Below, in pieces: positions 11,525 through 31,652 of a stretch of DNA of 64,000 bases; position 1 is the stretch's first letter; each line of letters starts with the position of its first letter. The DNA is from Nannocystis bainbridge (GTDB lineage Bacteria; Myxococcota_A; Polyangia; Nannocystales; Nannocystaceae): NCBI RefSeq assembly GCF_028368995.1, contig NZ_JAQNDL010000001.1, positions 3,232,001 through 3,296,000 on the forward strand. The letters run 5' to 3'. The notes beneath the pieces were generated by a model. That model made no database searches and was not told where the DNA came from. It saw only the letters and a list, made by a program, of their open reading frames with translations. The translations under genes were made by a program, and so were the position numbers.

Positions 11525-12325
11525 GTCGACCGGCGCGGTGGCCTCGGCGACCAACGCCGCGGCCTTGAGCGCCCCCTCGAGCGCGCGCGAGCCCTGCAGG
11601 CGATCGCCGGCCGCGAGGTGGCCGGCGGCGGCCGATCTGAACCAAGGGCCAGCCGCGGTCGCGGCCCGCCAGGCCCGCGCCCGCGCCCGCGCGGCGAACA
11701 CCCACGCCTCCGCGGCGCCGACAGTGCCGGGGGCATGCGAGGCCGTGTCGGCATGCGTCGATCGCGAAGCCTCGGAGGTCTCGCCCAGCGCCGCGGCTGC
11801 CTCTGTCGGCCCCGCTCCCGCGGTCCGCGAGGCATCACCTGCCGCTTCGGGGACCGCGCTTCCCAGCGCCGCGGCCGCGTCGCGGCTGAGCGCGGCGCGC
11901 CGCCAGTGACCGGCGGCTTCGAGGGCACAGCGGCCCGCGGCCAGGCGCGACGCGCCGACCTCCTCCTCGGTGAGGCTGGTCGGGCGTGCGGGGTGACGCG
12001 CCCGCACGGCCTCGATCTCGCGCTCACGATCGCCGGCGATCTGCTCGTACAACGCGGCGGCCGTCTCCGCGGCGATCGCGGCTTGCACCTGCGCAGCGGC
12101 GTGGACCGCCTGCGCGGCCGCCTGCGCCTGCCGCAGCAGCCCGGGCGTGACCTCGCCGGTGACCGCGAGCCCGAGGCGTCGCTGCAGGCCCGCGATCGCG
12201 GCGCTCTCGGTCGAGACGTCCCCCTCGTCGGCGAGCACCGCCAGCGCTTCGAGCAGGCTGCGAACCGCGCGTCCGGCGGGTCCTGGAGCGAGCTGCGGTG
12301 CGGTGGGCTGTGGCGCCTCGCTCAA
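11513..12325 (-). CDS. Ala-rich hypothetical protein with possible peptidoglycan-binding-like motif
   Basis: Part of ORF 11513..12529; STESAAIAGLQRRLGLAVTGEVT resembles the PG_binding_1 pattern; TTG start chosen to avoid overlap with the divergent kinase. Confidence 0.45.
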   Translation of the reverse strand: MSEAPQPTAPQLAPGPAGRAVRSLLEALAVLADEGDVSTESAAIAGLQRRLGLAVTGEVTPGLLRQAQAAAQAVHAAAQVQAAIAAETAAALYEQIAGDREREIEAVRARHPARPTSLTEEEVGASRLAAGRCALEAAGHWRRAALSRDAAAALGSAVPEAAGDASRTAGAGPTEAAAALGETSEASRSTHADTASHAPGTVGAAEAWVFAARARARAWRAATAAGPWFRSAAAGHLAAGDRLQGSRALEGALKAAALVAEATAPVDAWP

Positions 12326-12362
12326 GCGTCCTCGGCGAGCGGGATGGTACACTGCCCGCCCG

Positions 12363-15611
<3,249 letters not shown>

Positions 15612-16110
15612 CGAGATGTCCCGAGGGACATGTCGATCTCGGGCCGCGCGACGGCCGAACGACATGACTCGCGAGACAGGTGTCGTTAGTCAGCGCTGAC
15701 GCGCGTCGACGCCTGGCTCAAGAAGCAGGGCCAGCGCTGATAGGCTGTCCCGAGGGACATGTCGATTTGCGGCCGCGCGACGGCCGAACTGCATGGCCCG
15801 AGAGGTAGCTGTCTTCAGGTCGATCGTCGACCTGGCCCGAGAGACAGCCGCGTCGTTCTGTCCTGAGAGACATCCGCCGGGCTCGGCGTCACGCCATTCC
15901 GACATGTCATCCCGGACGCGTCATACTTTATAGAAAAAATAGGTCGTCTCGATGGACATGGATAGGCGTTAGCGTCCATCGAGACCGCGATACGAATAGA
16001 GGACACGTGACATCTTCGGTCCGCTCGCATAGCGCGAGAGCGGCGCGCGCCGGGGCCGGTTCGTGGCAGGACCCGGCGCGCGCCCGAGGAACCCCTGGCG
16101 AGGCGCGAGC

Positions 16111-17124
16111 TCAGGGGGCTTTGGTCCAGAAGAGGCCGTCGGAGAAGTCATCGAGATCGGAGCTCTTGCAGTCTGGCAGCGCCGCGCCGTTGCACTCGAC
16201 GCCGGTCAGCTGGAATTCGGGGCGACGCGGGCGGGTCACGCAGGCGGCGCCCTTGGGGCCGAAGATCGCCTCGGTCTTGAGGGTCGAGTTGGCGAAGTTG
16301 TGGATGCCCCACTTGTCCTCGAGGTCGATCGCCGTGCCCGATTTGGTCCACGAGTCGCCGTCGCCGCAGTAGTCGGCGCGGATCGTGCGGATGGCGCCCA
16401 TGAACTCGTAGTAGCCGATGTCCCACGGGCGGTAGCCCCACAGCGCGGCCTTGCCGATGCCGCCGTCGAGACAGGCGATGTTGATCAGGTCTTCCTTGTG
16501 GTCGACGTAGCCGTCGTCCATGTCGACGTGCAGGCCCTCGTAGACCACCGCCTCGAGGCCCTCGCCGTTGAGGTCGCCGCACGCGGCCAGCAGCGAGGTG
16601 TTTTTGATCGACTGGTACTTCTTGGTGTAGAAGTGCATCCCGTAGGCCGGGTCCTTCGGGTACGCGAACACGTACTTGTGATTTTGGTCGGCGCTGTCGA
16701 AGCGATACGAGTGGACGTACATCGTGCGCTTGCCCAGGCCGCCGCCGAAGGTGGCGAGCTCCCAGCGCGAGCCGGTGAAGTCCTTGCCCTTGTAGACGGT
16801 CCCCTTGACGCGGCCGTACAGCTGGCCCTTCTCCGACCACTGCTCGTCGAGCTTCAGCCAGGTGACCTGGTCCTTGTACATGATCTTGAGGTAGACCCCG
16901 AGCAGCTGGACGTCCTCGTGCTTCTCGCCCTTGCGGTTGATCTCGTGCAGCAGGTGATCGCCGATCGCGCTGGTGTTGAGGAGCAGGCCGCCGTTGCCGA
17001 AACCACCGGGGCGAAAGTCGACATCGCCGGGTGCGCCGAACTCGTCGTCGAGGGCCTCGTCACAGGCAGAAGCGGCCGAAAGGGACAGGGCGAGGGCGAG
17101 GAGGAGTTGGGTGCGGGACATCAT
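16111..17124 (-). CDS. ADYC-domain secreted protein/lipoprotein
   Basis: Signal peptide plus SAC; IRTIRADYCGDGDSWTKSGT and EAIFGPKGAACV match the myxobacterial ADYC domain. Confidence 0.85.
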   Translation of the reverse strand: MMSRTQLLLALALSLSAASACDEALDDEFGAPGDVDFRPGGFGNGGLLLNTSAIGDHLLHEINRKGEKHEDVQLLGVYLKIMYKDQVTWLKLDEQWSEKGQLYGRVKGTVYKGKDFTGSRWELATFGGGLGKRTMYVHSYRFDSADQNHKYVFAYPKDPAYGMHFYTKKYQSIKNTSLLAACGDLNGEGLEAVVYEGLHVDMDDGYVDHKEDLINIACLDGGIGKAALWGYRPWDIGYYEFMGAIRTIRADYCGDGDSWTKSGTAIDLEDKWGIHNFANSTLKTEAIFGPKGAACVTRPRRPEFQLTGVECNGAALPDCKSSDLDDFSDGLFWTKAP

Positions 17125-17321
17125 GGGCTCCGGGTCGGGGCGACGCTTTCGCGTTCCTCCTTAGAAGTGATCGGGCCCCCACGACCAATTGCGTGGCCCG
17201 ACGATTTTCTTTGCCTGGGCCCGCGGGCTTGATTTCGGGCGCCCCGCGGGCCCGCGCGCAGTTTTTGGCGATCCGCCCGGGCCTGACGGACCACTCACGG
17301 TGGGGTATGATGTGGACGCCG

Positions 17322-17936
17322 ATGCATGACGATCAGCAGCTCCTCGAGTCCTGGCGCCGAGGCGACGACGACGCCGGCGAGCAGCTGTTCGAGCACTACT
17401 ACGAGGGGCTCTCTCGCTTCTTCCGCTCCAAGGCCGGAGACGGGGCCGCGGACCTCATCCAGCGCACGTTCCTGATCTTGCTGGAAACAAAGTCGCGGAT
17501 GCGCGAGGGCACCAGCTTCCATTGCTACCTGTACGGGATCGCCCGCAACGTGCTCTACGAGCACTACCGCGGCAAGCGGCGCGACGGCGAGCGCTTCCAG
17601 CCCGACGAGAACTCGGTCGAGGACCTCGGCCCGACGCCGACGACCCTGATGGCGCAGGCGCAGGAGACCCGGCTGCTGCTGCAGGCGCTGCGCCACATCC
17701 CGCTCGAATCACAGCTGATCCTCGAGCTGTATTACTGGGAGCAGATGACGGCCAAGGAGATCGCCGACGTGCTCGAGGTCCCCGAGGGCACGGCCCGCAC
17801 GCGGATCCGTCGCGCCAAGCAGCTGCTCGAGGCCCAGCTCGCCGCGCTCGCCGACACCCCTCAGCTCCTGCAGAGCACCGTGACCGACCTCGACAGCTGG
17901 GCTCAGCATCTGCGCACGGCCCTCAAGCCGCGCTAG
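17322..17936 (+). CDS. ECF RNA polymerase sigma factor
   Basis: DDQQLLESWRRGD, DLIQRTFL, YLYGIARNVL (region 2); LELYYWEQMTAKEIADVLEVPEGTARTRIRRAK (region 4). Confidence 0.93.
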   Translation: MHDDQQLLESWRRGDDDAGEQLFEHYYEGLSRFFRSKAGDGAADLIQRTFLILLETKSRMREGTSFHCYLYGIARNVLYEHYRGKRRDGERFQPDENSVEDLGPTPTTLMAQAQETRLLLQALRHIPLESQLILELYYWEQMTAKEIADVLEVPEGTARTRIRRAKQLLEAQLAALADTPQLLQSTVTDLDSWAQHLRTALKPR

Positions 17937-18039
17937 CCGCTATCATCGCGAGGTGTCCGCCCGGGGCCCGATTTCGCGCCGATCGCAATCGTACGATCGG
18001 CGCAATTGCCGGGGCCCCGGGAGTCACTGAAACGGGGAG

Positions 18040-21000
18040 ATGGTCCCTCTCCGCCGCGTCCCCATTTTGACCGCCGACAAGGACATCAGCCTCGAGCAGA
18101 CGGCCATCTCGGCGGACGGGCACCTGTCCGAGCCGCCGGACCGCTCGCGGGCGAGGATCGCGTTCGAGGAGACCCGCATCGGCGAGTCGAGCGCGGGCGA
18201 CGAGCCGCTCGACTCGCGCCCGCCCGAGGCCGACATCGGCCTGCTCGAGACGCGCCACTCGGCGGCGCCGCACGGCGACAAGCTGCCGCGCCTCGGCGAC
18301 GGCGGCGACGAGCAGCGGATGAAGGCCCTCATCAAGGGCAAGCTGTTCCGCGCCCGCAGCACGCCGATCAAGATCGGTCGCTTCACGGTGCTCGACCGCC
18401 TCGGCGAGGGCGGCATGGGCGTGGTCTACACCGCGTACGACGACAAGCTCGAGCGCAAGGTCGCGGTCAAGGTCCTGCGCGGCGAGACCACCCGCGTCGA
18501 CGAGACCGGGCGCCACCGACTGATGCGCGAGGCGCAGGCGATGGCCCGCCTGTCGCACCCCAACATCGTCACGGTGCACGAGGTCGGCGACTTCGAGGAC
18601 CAGGTGTTCGTGGCGATGGAGTTCGTGCGCGGCATGAGCCTCGACGCGTGGATGCGCCGGCGCGACCGCTCGTGGCGCGAGGTCCTGGCGGTGTTCGTGC
18701 GAGCCGGCCGCGGCCTGCAGGCGGCCCACGCGGCCGGCATCATTCACCGCGACTTCAAGCCGCACAACGTGCTCGTCGGCGACGACGGGGCGGTCAAGGT
18801 CCTCGATTTCGGCCTGGCCCGGGCGATCGAGCACGCCGGCAGCGACGACCTGGCGATCACGGCCTCGAGCGGCGAGTCGGCCGGCCACGCGCTGATGGTG
18901 CCGCTGACGCAGACCGGCGCGATCATGGGGACGCCGGCGTACATGGCCCCGGAGCAGCACGAGGGCCGCACGGCCAGCGCCGCCAGCGATCAGTTCGCGT
19001 TCTGCATCTCGCTGTACGAGGGGCTCTACAAGCGCCACCCGTTCTCGACCGACTCGCTGGCGAGCCTGATCAGCGACGCGATCCTCGGCCGGGTCGCGCC
19101 GGCGCCGGCGGGCTCGAAGGTGCCGTCGCGGATCTACAAGGCGCTGCAGCGCGGGCTGTCGGTCGCCACCGATCGCCGGTTCGCGTCGATGGCCGACCTG
19201 CTGACCGAGCTGGAGCGCGACCCCGAGGTCCGGCGCCGGCGTGCATTCGCCGGGACCGCGCTGGCCGGGCTGGTCGGCGCGGCCGGCTTCGGCGCCGCCG
19301 CCATGCAGCAGCCCGTGGCGGCGCCGATCTGCGACGCCGCCGCCAGCGAGCTGGCCGGGGTGTGGAGCGGCGAGCGCGGCGAGGCTGTCCATTCGGCCAT
19401 GTTGGCGACCGGGGTGCCGTACGCCGCCGACACCTGGTCCAAAGTACAGCCGCAGCTGCAGGCCTACGCCGACGCGTGGGTCGGCATGCGCGGCGAGGCG
19501 TGTACGACCCACGCCTCGGGCCACCAGTCGGACCCGCTGTTCGACCTGCGCACCGCCTGCCTCGACCAGCGCCGGGCCAGCTTCGCCGGGCTGGTCGACA
19601 CGCTGGCCTCGGCCGACGCGGTGGTGATGGAGAAGGCGATGCAGGCGCTGGCGTCGCTGCCGACGATCGAGCGCTGCGGCGACGTCGCGGCGCTGACCGC
19701 CGAGGTCGCGCCGCCCGACGATGCGCGGGCGCGGGTGCGGGTGCAGGCGGTGCGCGAGGCGCTGGCGCGGGCGGCCGTGCAGGAGCAGGCGGGCCGCTAC
19801 CACGCCGGGCTGGCGACGATCGCTTCGATGGAAGGCGAGACGGCGGCGCTCGCTTACCCGCCGCTGCGCGGCGAGGTGGCGCTGCGCCGGGGCAGCTTGC
19901 AGATGGAGGCTGGCGACTTCCCGGCCGCCGACGCGGCGTTCGGCCAGGCGCTGTGGACGGCGGTCGCCGCCGACGACGCCCGCACCGCGGCCCAGGCGGT
20001 GTCGAAGCGGATGTTCCTGCGCGCGGCTCGCATGAGCCAGCCGGCCGAGGCGCTGCGGGACCTCGAGCTGGCGCAGGCGCTGCACGTGCGGGTGAAGGAC
20101 GACGTCGAGCTGACGGCCGAGTTCGAGAACAACCTCGGCGGCGTGGCGATGATGACCGGCGACTACGCCGGGGCCCGCGAGCACATGCTGGCCGCCGTGG
20201 CCGCGCGCACCGGGGCCGGCCGCCACGACACGGTCGCCAACGCGTTCACTTACAACAACCTCGGCTACCTCGCGGCCTACCTCGGCGACGCCGACGACGC
20301 GGCCCGCTACTACGGCAGCTCGCTGCAGCTCGGCGAGCGCCTGCTGGGCGCCGCCCACCCGAACGTGCTGCTGGTGCGCAGCAACGTCGGCACCGCGCTG
20401 CAGATGCAGAACCACCTGGCCGAAAGTACATCCGTGCTGCAGGCCACGGTCGACGCCCTGCGCGAGGCCGGCGCGACCGAGACGCCGACCTACGGGTGGG
20501 CGCGGGCCCGGCTCGGCTACAACGCGCTCACCGTGCGCGACCTGCCGCGCGCGCGCGCCGACTTCGAGGCCGGCCGGGCGGCGTTCCTGGCCACCGATCC
20601 CGACGAGACCAGCGCCCGCGAGGCCCTGTTCGGGCTCGGCCTGCTGGCCGCCGCGGAGCGCGACGTGAGCGGCGCGCAGGCGATCTACGACGACATCGTC
20701 GATCGCATGGAGCGCCGCTTCGGCGCCGACCACCCCGAGGCCCTGGTCGCCCGCGTGCGCTTCGGCGAGGCGCTGCTGCGGGCCGAGCGCCCGCGCGAGG
20801 CGCTACCGCAGGCCGAGCGCGTGACCGCGAAGTGCGAAGAGGCGACGCCCGACATGGCGGTGCTGTGCGCCGACGCGGCGCGTTTGACCGGCGACGCCCG
20901 CCTGGCCCTCGGTGAGGGCGAGGCGGCGAGCGAGCCGCTGCGCCGGGCGCTGGCGCTCTACGAGCAGGTGCAGGGCGCGTCGAGCCCGGAGATCGTGGCG

Positions 21001-21288
21001 ACGCTGCGGCTGCTCGGCGAGTCGGCGCTGGCGCTGGGCCGCCGCGAGGAGGCGGTCACCCACCTGCGCCGCGCCGCCACGCTCGCGGCCGCCGGCTTCG
21101 ACGCCGACCACCCGGACCTGGCCCGCACGCAATTCAGCCTGGCCCGCGCGCTGGCCGACGGCGGCGCAGCGACCCCGGAGGCCCGCGACCTGGCCGACAC
21201 GGCGCTGGCCGCCTACAAGCGCCGCGGCGAGGCGTTCGCCCCCGAGTCGCAGGCGATCGCGGGCTGGCTGGCGACGCTCCCGGCCTGA
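18040..21288 (+). CDS. Ser/Thr protein kinase with TM segment and TPR repeats
   Basis: LGEGGMGVVY, VAVKVL, HRDFKPHN, DFG, GTPAYMAPE; TPRs (LGAAHPNV, FGADHPEA); start uncertain. Confidence 0.93.
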   Translation: MVPLRRVPILTADKDISLEQTAISADGHLSEPPDRSRARIAFEETRIGESSAGDEPLDSRPPEADIGLLETRHSAAPHGDKLPRLGDGGDEQRMKALIKGKLFRARSTPIKIGRFTVLDRLGEGGMGVVYTAYDDKLERKVAVKVLRGETTRVDETGRHRLMREAQAMARLSHPNIVTVHEVGDFEDQVFVAMEFVRGMSLDAWMRRRDRSWREVLAVFVRAGRGLQAAHAAGIIHRDFKPHNVLVGDDGAVKVLDFGLARAIEHAGSDDLAITASSGESAGHALMVPLTQTGAIMGTPAYMAPEQHEGRTASAASDQFAFCISLYEGLYKRHPFSTDSLASLISDAILGRVAPAPAGSKVPSRIYKALQRGLSVATDRRFASMADLLTELERDPEVRRRRAFAGTALAGLVGAAGFGAAAMQQPVAAPICDAAASELAGVWSGERGEAVHSAMLATGVPYAADTWSKVQPQLQAYADAWVGMRGEACTTHASGHQSDPLFDLRTACLDQRRASFAGLVDTLASADAVVMEKAMQALASLPTIERCGDVAALTAEVAPPDDARARVRVQAVREALARAAVQEQAGRYHAGLATIASMEGETAALAYPPLRGEVALRRGSLQMEAGDFPAADAAFGQALWTAVAADDARTAAQAVSKRMFLRAARMSQPAEALRDLELAQALHVRVKDDVELTAEFENNLGGVAMMTGDYAGAREHMLAAVAARTGAGRHDTVANAFTYNNLGYLAAYLGDADDAARYYGSSLQLGERLLGAAHPNVLLVRSNVGTALQMQNHLAESTSVLQATVDALREAGATETPTYGWARARLGYNALTVRDLPRARADFEAGRAAFLATDPDETSAREALFGLGLLAAAERDVSGAQAIYDDIVDRMERRFGADHPEALVARVRFGEALLRAERPREALPQAERVTAKCEEATPDMAVLCADAARLTGDARLALGEGEAASEPLRRALALYEQVQGASSPEIVATLRLLGESALALGRREEAVTHLRRAATLAAAGFDADHPDLARTQFSLARALADGGAATPEARDLADTALAAYKRRGEAFAPESQAIAGWLATLPA

Positions 21289-21660
21289 CCCGAAGGACAG
21301 GCGATCGGAGGTCGCCGCCGGCCTGACCCGAAGGACAGGCGAGCGCAGGTCGTCGCCGGCCTGACCCGAAGGACAGGCGAGCGCAGGTCGTCGCCGGCCT
21401 GACCCGAAGGACAGACGAGCACAGGTCGTCGCCGACATGACCCAAAGGACATGCGGACGGAGGTTGGCCCGACCTGACTCGAGGAACAGGGGAGCACAGG
21501 TCGTATGGACATGACTCCAAGGACATGTGCGTGCGGCGCCGGACGGCAGCGCTGCCGATGACCCTAAGGACAGGCGAGCACAGGTCGCCCGCGACATGAC
21601 CCGCAGGACATGTAGTCGGGACGTCTCGCCGCGGCGCCGCGGCTGGCCCGAAGGACATCT
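21280..21660. repeat. 38-bp tandem repeat array, degenerating rightwards, each unit carrying TGAC-N6-GACA
   Basis: ccggcctgacccgaaggacaggcgagcgcaggtcgtcg-type units at 21280, 21318, 21356, 21394, then about five decayed copies; the first unit overlaps the kinase stop codon. Confidence 0.92.
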
Positions 21661-21669
21661 CACCGGAAC

Positions 21670-21710
21670 CACAAAAGCGAACGCCGCCCGGGCGTGGCCA
21701 GGGCGGCGGA
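21670..21710 (-). terminator. Probable intrinsic terminator of the RT operon
   Basis: Minus strand reads cgccgccc-tggccacgccc-gggcggcg then ttcgcttttg, ~35 nt after the RT stop; second hairpin ccgccgc-atc-gcggcgg at 21723-21739. Confidence 0.55.
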
Positions 21711-21744
21711 TCGTCAGCCAGTCCGCCGCATCGCGGCGGCCGGG

Positions 21745-23046
21745 CTACACGCGGTCGAGCGCCGCGAGCAGCTGCTTCCCGAGCTTCTTGTCGGTCATGT
21801 AGATGTAGGCGATCCGTCCGGCCAGGCTGGACAGCGTCTCGCCTTCCTTCAGCGGCTTGCCGTGGGCCAGGTTGTGCACGGCGGCCCGGACCTCGCGCTT
21901 GAACTCGCGGGTGACCCGGGGACCCTGCTTGCCGTTGACCACCAGGCCGGTGACCTGCTGGCGGCCGCCGGAGCGGTGCACGCGGGTCTTGTCCGGGTGG
22001 ACGGTGAAGCCCTCGGCGGCGGCGATGATCGAGATCCCGCCGAGCAGCCCGCCGACGTGCGGCTTGCCCTTGTGCTCGTTGGGCAGGCTGAACGTCAGGT
22101 CGTCGGCGTAGCGCGTGTATCGCCAGCCGAGCTTCTTGGCCAGGCCCTGCAGGCGGCGGTCGAGCCGCAGGCACAGCGTGTTGGTGATCGCCGGGCTGGT
22201 CGGGGCCCCCTGCGGCAGGCAACGTGGCCCGAGGGACAGGTAGTAGGTCGTGCCCTCGACCTCGGCCACGTGGCGCGGCGCCTCGGTGCACAGCAGCGCC
22301 AGCAGGGTCGCGATCTGCTCGCGGTAGCCGGCCTTGCGGAACACCCCCTTGACCCGCGGCAGCGTCACCGTCGGGAAGAAGTCCTTGAGGTCGACCTTCA
22401 GCAGGATCTGCGAGTCGCGGTGGACCGCCGCGTTGGTGGCCGTCGAGCGGCCGTGCAGGAACCCGTGGGCCGCCCCGTGGACCGGCAGGCGCTCCACCAC
22501 CTCGCGCAAGATCCACCGCTGCGCCGCCTTGAGCGTGCGGTGCGGGGCCCAGATCGCGCGCTTGCTGCCGTCGCGCTTGGGGATCTCGAACCGGTAGTAG
22601 TTGAGCTTCGTCGCCGCGTCGCGGTGGTACGCGAGGCGGCGCAGCTCGGCGATGCTGACCCCGAGCGCCTCGGCCAGCTCCTTCGGCTTGTCGAGCCTCG
22701 GCAGCTCGTTCTCCGCCTGGCGCTCCTCGGCGCCGGGCAGGTCCCACTTGTCGTGGTCGAGCTGGTCGTTCCAGAACACGCCCTCGCCGAGGTGGACCAG
22801 GTGCGAGGCCTTGTAGGCGAGCCACGCCTCCTTGGCCAGGCGCCGCTTCTCGGCCGCCTCGTCCTTGAGCGTCTTCTTGTAGCGCTCGAGCTCGGCCTTG
22901 CTCATGCTGTCGGTCGGCTTGCGCTCGACCAGGTAGCCCTTCTCCTTGAGCTGGGCCTCGATGTACTTGTCGCGCCCGCCCGCCGACTCGACGGCGCGCC
23001 AGGTCTCGAGCATGCGGCTGTAATCAATGCGGTTGGTATTCGCCAT
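21745..23046 (-). CDS. ret: Retron-type reverse transcriptase (Mx162-like)
   Basis: IPKRDGSKR, LPVHGAAHGF, region X NAAVH, DLKDFFP, LPQGAPTSP, catalytic YADD, region Y RQQVTGLVVN; N-terminal extension resembles my recollection of the Myxococcus Mx162 RT. Confidence 0.95.
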   Translation of the reverse strand: MANTNRIDYSRMLETWRAVESAGGRDKYIEAQLKEKGYLVERKPTDSMSKAELERYKKTLKDEAAEKRRLAKEAWLAYKASHLVHLGEGVFWNDQLDHDKWDLPGAEERQAENELPRLDKPKELAEALGVSIAELRRLAYHRDAATKLNYYRFEIPKRDGSKRAIWAPHRTLKAAQRWILREVVERLPVHGAAHGFLHGRSTATNAAVHRDSQILLKVDLKDFFPTVTLPRVKGVFRKAGYREQIATLLALLCTEAPRHVAEVEGTTYYLSLGPRCLPQGAPTSPAITNTLCLRLDRRLQGLAKKLGWRYTRYADDLTFSLPNEHKGKPHVGGLLGGISIIAAAEGFTVHPDKTRVHRSGGRQQVTGLVVNGKQGPRVTREFKREVRAAVHNLAHGKPLKEGETLSSLAGRIAYIYMTDKKLGKQLLAALDRV

Positions 23047-23052
23047 GATGGT

Positions 23053-24959
23053 CTACCCCGCGCTCCCGTCGAGAAACCCGCGCGCCTCGAGGTCGTCGAC
23101 GCGCTCGAAGAAGGCCGCTCGCGCCTCGGCGACCGAGCCGAACACGAAGCTCTGGACCCGCAGCTTGGCCGCTCCACGCGGGCCCCAGCGGATCCGGAGG
23201 CGCTGGCGGTCCAGCGACAGCTGCACGATCTCCTCCGACTCGCCCGTCGCCCCGGCCGCCACCGGCAAGCGCCGCGCGTAGGTCCGGGTCTCGAGCGTGA
23301 TCGTCCCGCGCTCCGAGCCGCGGGCCTGACGGCGCCGCTCCTCCTCCTGCGCCTGGGCGATCCGCAGCGCGATCAGGTGGGCGCACGGGCCCTCCTTCAG
23401 CTTGTGCTTGCGGTAGAACGCGCAGGTGCACTCGGCCCCGCGCACGCGGCCGTCGTCGTCGAGCGTCAGCTGCGGCCGGTAGTCGCGGCGGTCGGCGGTC
23501 ACGGTGACCTTGCCGGTCAGCTCGAGGCCGACGCCGTAGATCCGGTTCTCGCTGGCGATCTTGACCGCGCCCTTGGCCACCAGGTCGTGCGCCACCTTCT
23601 CGCGAGCGTTGCGGTAGACCAGGCGGCTCAGGTCGATCGCGCCGCCGAGCAGCGGGCGGTAGCGGTAGCGGTCTTCGGACAGGTCGTACATCACCTGGCC
23701 GTGCTGGCAGGCCTTCTGCAGCGCCGCGCGCACGTCGGCGATCGGCTTCTTGGTGCTCTTGGCCAGCTCGTCCGCGGACGCCACCCACACCTCGCCGAGC
23801 TTCTTCAGCACCGCCGAGAGCACGGCCGCCGCCTCCTCGCCGCGGTCGCGCGGCAGCAGTTGGTCGAAGCCGACCGCCTGCGACCAGTTGGCCGAGGTGA
23901 AGCCCGACAGGCCGAGCGTGAAGGTCACCGGGCCGGCGCGCAGCACGTAGAAGCTGGGCAGGCCCGAGCCGAGCAGGTGGATGTCGACGGTCTCGACGAA
24001 CGGCAGCAGGCGGCGCAGCAGGCTCAGGCGCCGGCGGCCCCAGATCCGCACCAGCGCCGGCTGGCGGCCGGTGAACGGGCCCGCGCTGGTGGCGAGCACC
24101 AGCTCCCACGGCTCGAGCACCAGCCGCGGCGGCTCGCCGGGCACCAGCTCGACGCGGACGCCGCGGCCGCCCTGCTTCTTGTCGGCGTTGAGCCGCAGGT
24201 GGCGCAGCACGTTGTAGAGGTCGATCGCGGCGATGCGGACCGCGGTGGTCGGCAGCGTCGCCGCCGCTTGCACCTGCAAGAACCCGCGCAGCCAGCTGTC
24301 GGGCAGCTGGATCGACTTCTCGATCACCGGCGGGCGCGTCGCGTCGCTGGCGACGCTGACCGCGTCGACGCCGATCGACAGCTTCGTCTCACGATAGCTG
24401 CGGATCCGCTGCACCCCGTCGAACAGCGCCTTGCTGTAGTCGACGTTGGTGGTGCCGTGCTGCAGCTCACCGCTGCGGTCGATGGCCGACCAGTCGATCG
24501 CCATCTGCGCGTAGGCGCCCTCGTCCTTGCTGAACACCTCGAACAGCAGCTTGTCGGGGTGCACGGTGACGACCGGGTCGAGCACCACCCACGCCGACGG
24601 GTCGTTGCGCGCCAGCCAGTCGAAGTAGGCCTGCTGGGCCTGCCACGCGCTCTGCCCGGCGGTCTGCTTCTTCAGCCGCTGGTAGGCGAGGTAGGCCGTC
24701 CTGTCCTTCGGGACATAACGGAAGTCCGAGCTGACGACCTCGTACATCGCCGACAGCGCCTCGCGCACCAGCAGCGGCTGCTTGACGGTGCCCTCGGCCC
24801 GCACCGGCGGTCGCTCGGTGTTGACGAAGATCTGTAGCTTCGCCGAGCTCTCGCCCGCCTCGAGCTGGCTGGCGCCGGCGTAGCCGAGGCGGACCGGCGT
24901 CCGCGGGTCGGTGAGCTGCTCCTCGGGCTTGCTCGACTCCGGTTCCTTGGTTTCCTCGC

Positions 24960-24963
<4 letters not shown>
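23053..24963 (-). CDS. SWIM zinc-finger protein with C-terminal WGR-like domain (retron-associated)
   Basis: CTC-x12-CAH SWIM motif; RLRIRWGPRG...FGSVAEARAAFFERVDDLEARGF WGR-like end; GTG start overlaps upstream TGA. Confidence 0.88.

Positions 24964-31651
<6,688 letters not shown>

Positions 31652-31652
<1 letters not shown>

Noticed and set aside
21280-21660. CRISPR array next to an RT
   Set aside because: Units are contiguous tandem copies without unique spacers; no cas genes in the window and the RT has retron motifs with no Cas1 fusion
21279-21744. cccggcc/ggccggg as retron a1/a2 inverted repeats flanking the downstream gap
   Set aside because: Only 7 bp and all G/C, expected by chance at this composition; no long msd stem between them
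21745-23046. Group II intron RT/maturase
   Set aside because: No maturase or endonuclease domain, no flanking space for intron RNA, and retron X/Y motifs are present
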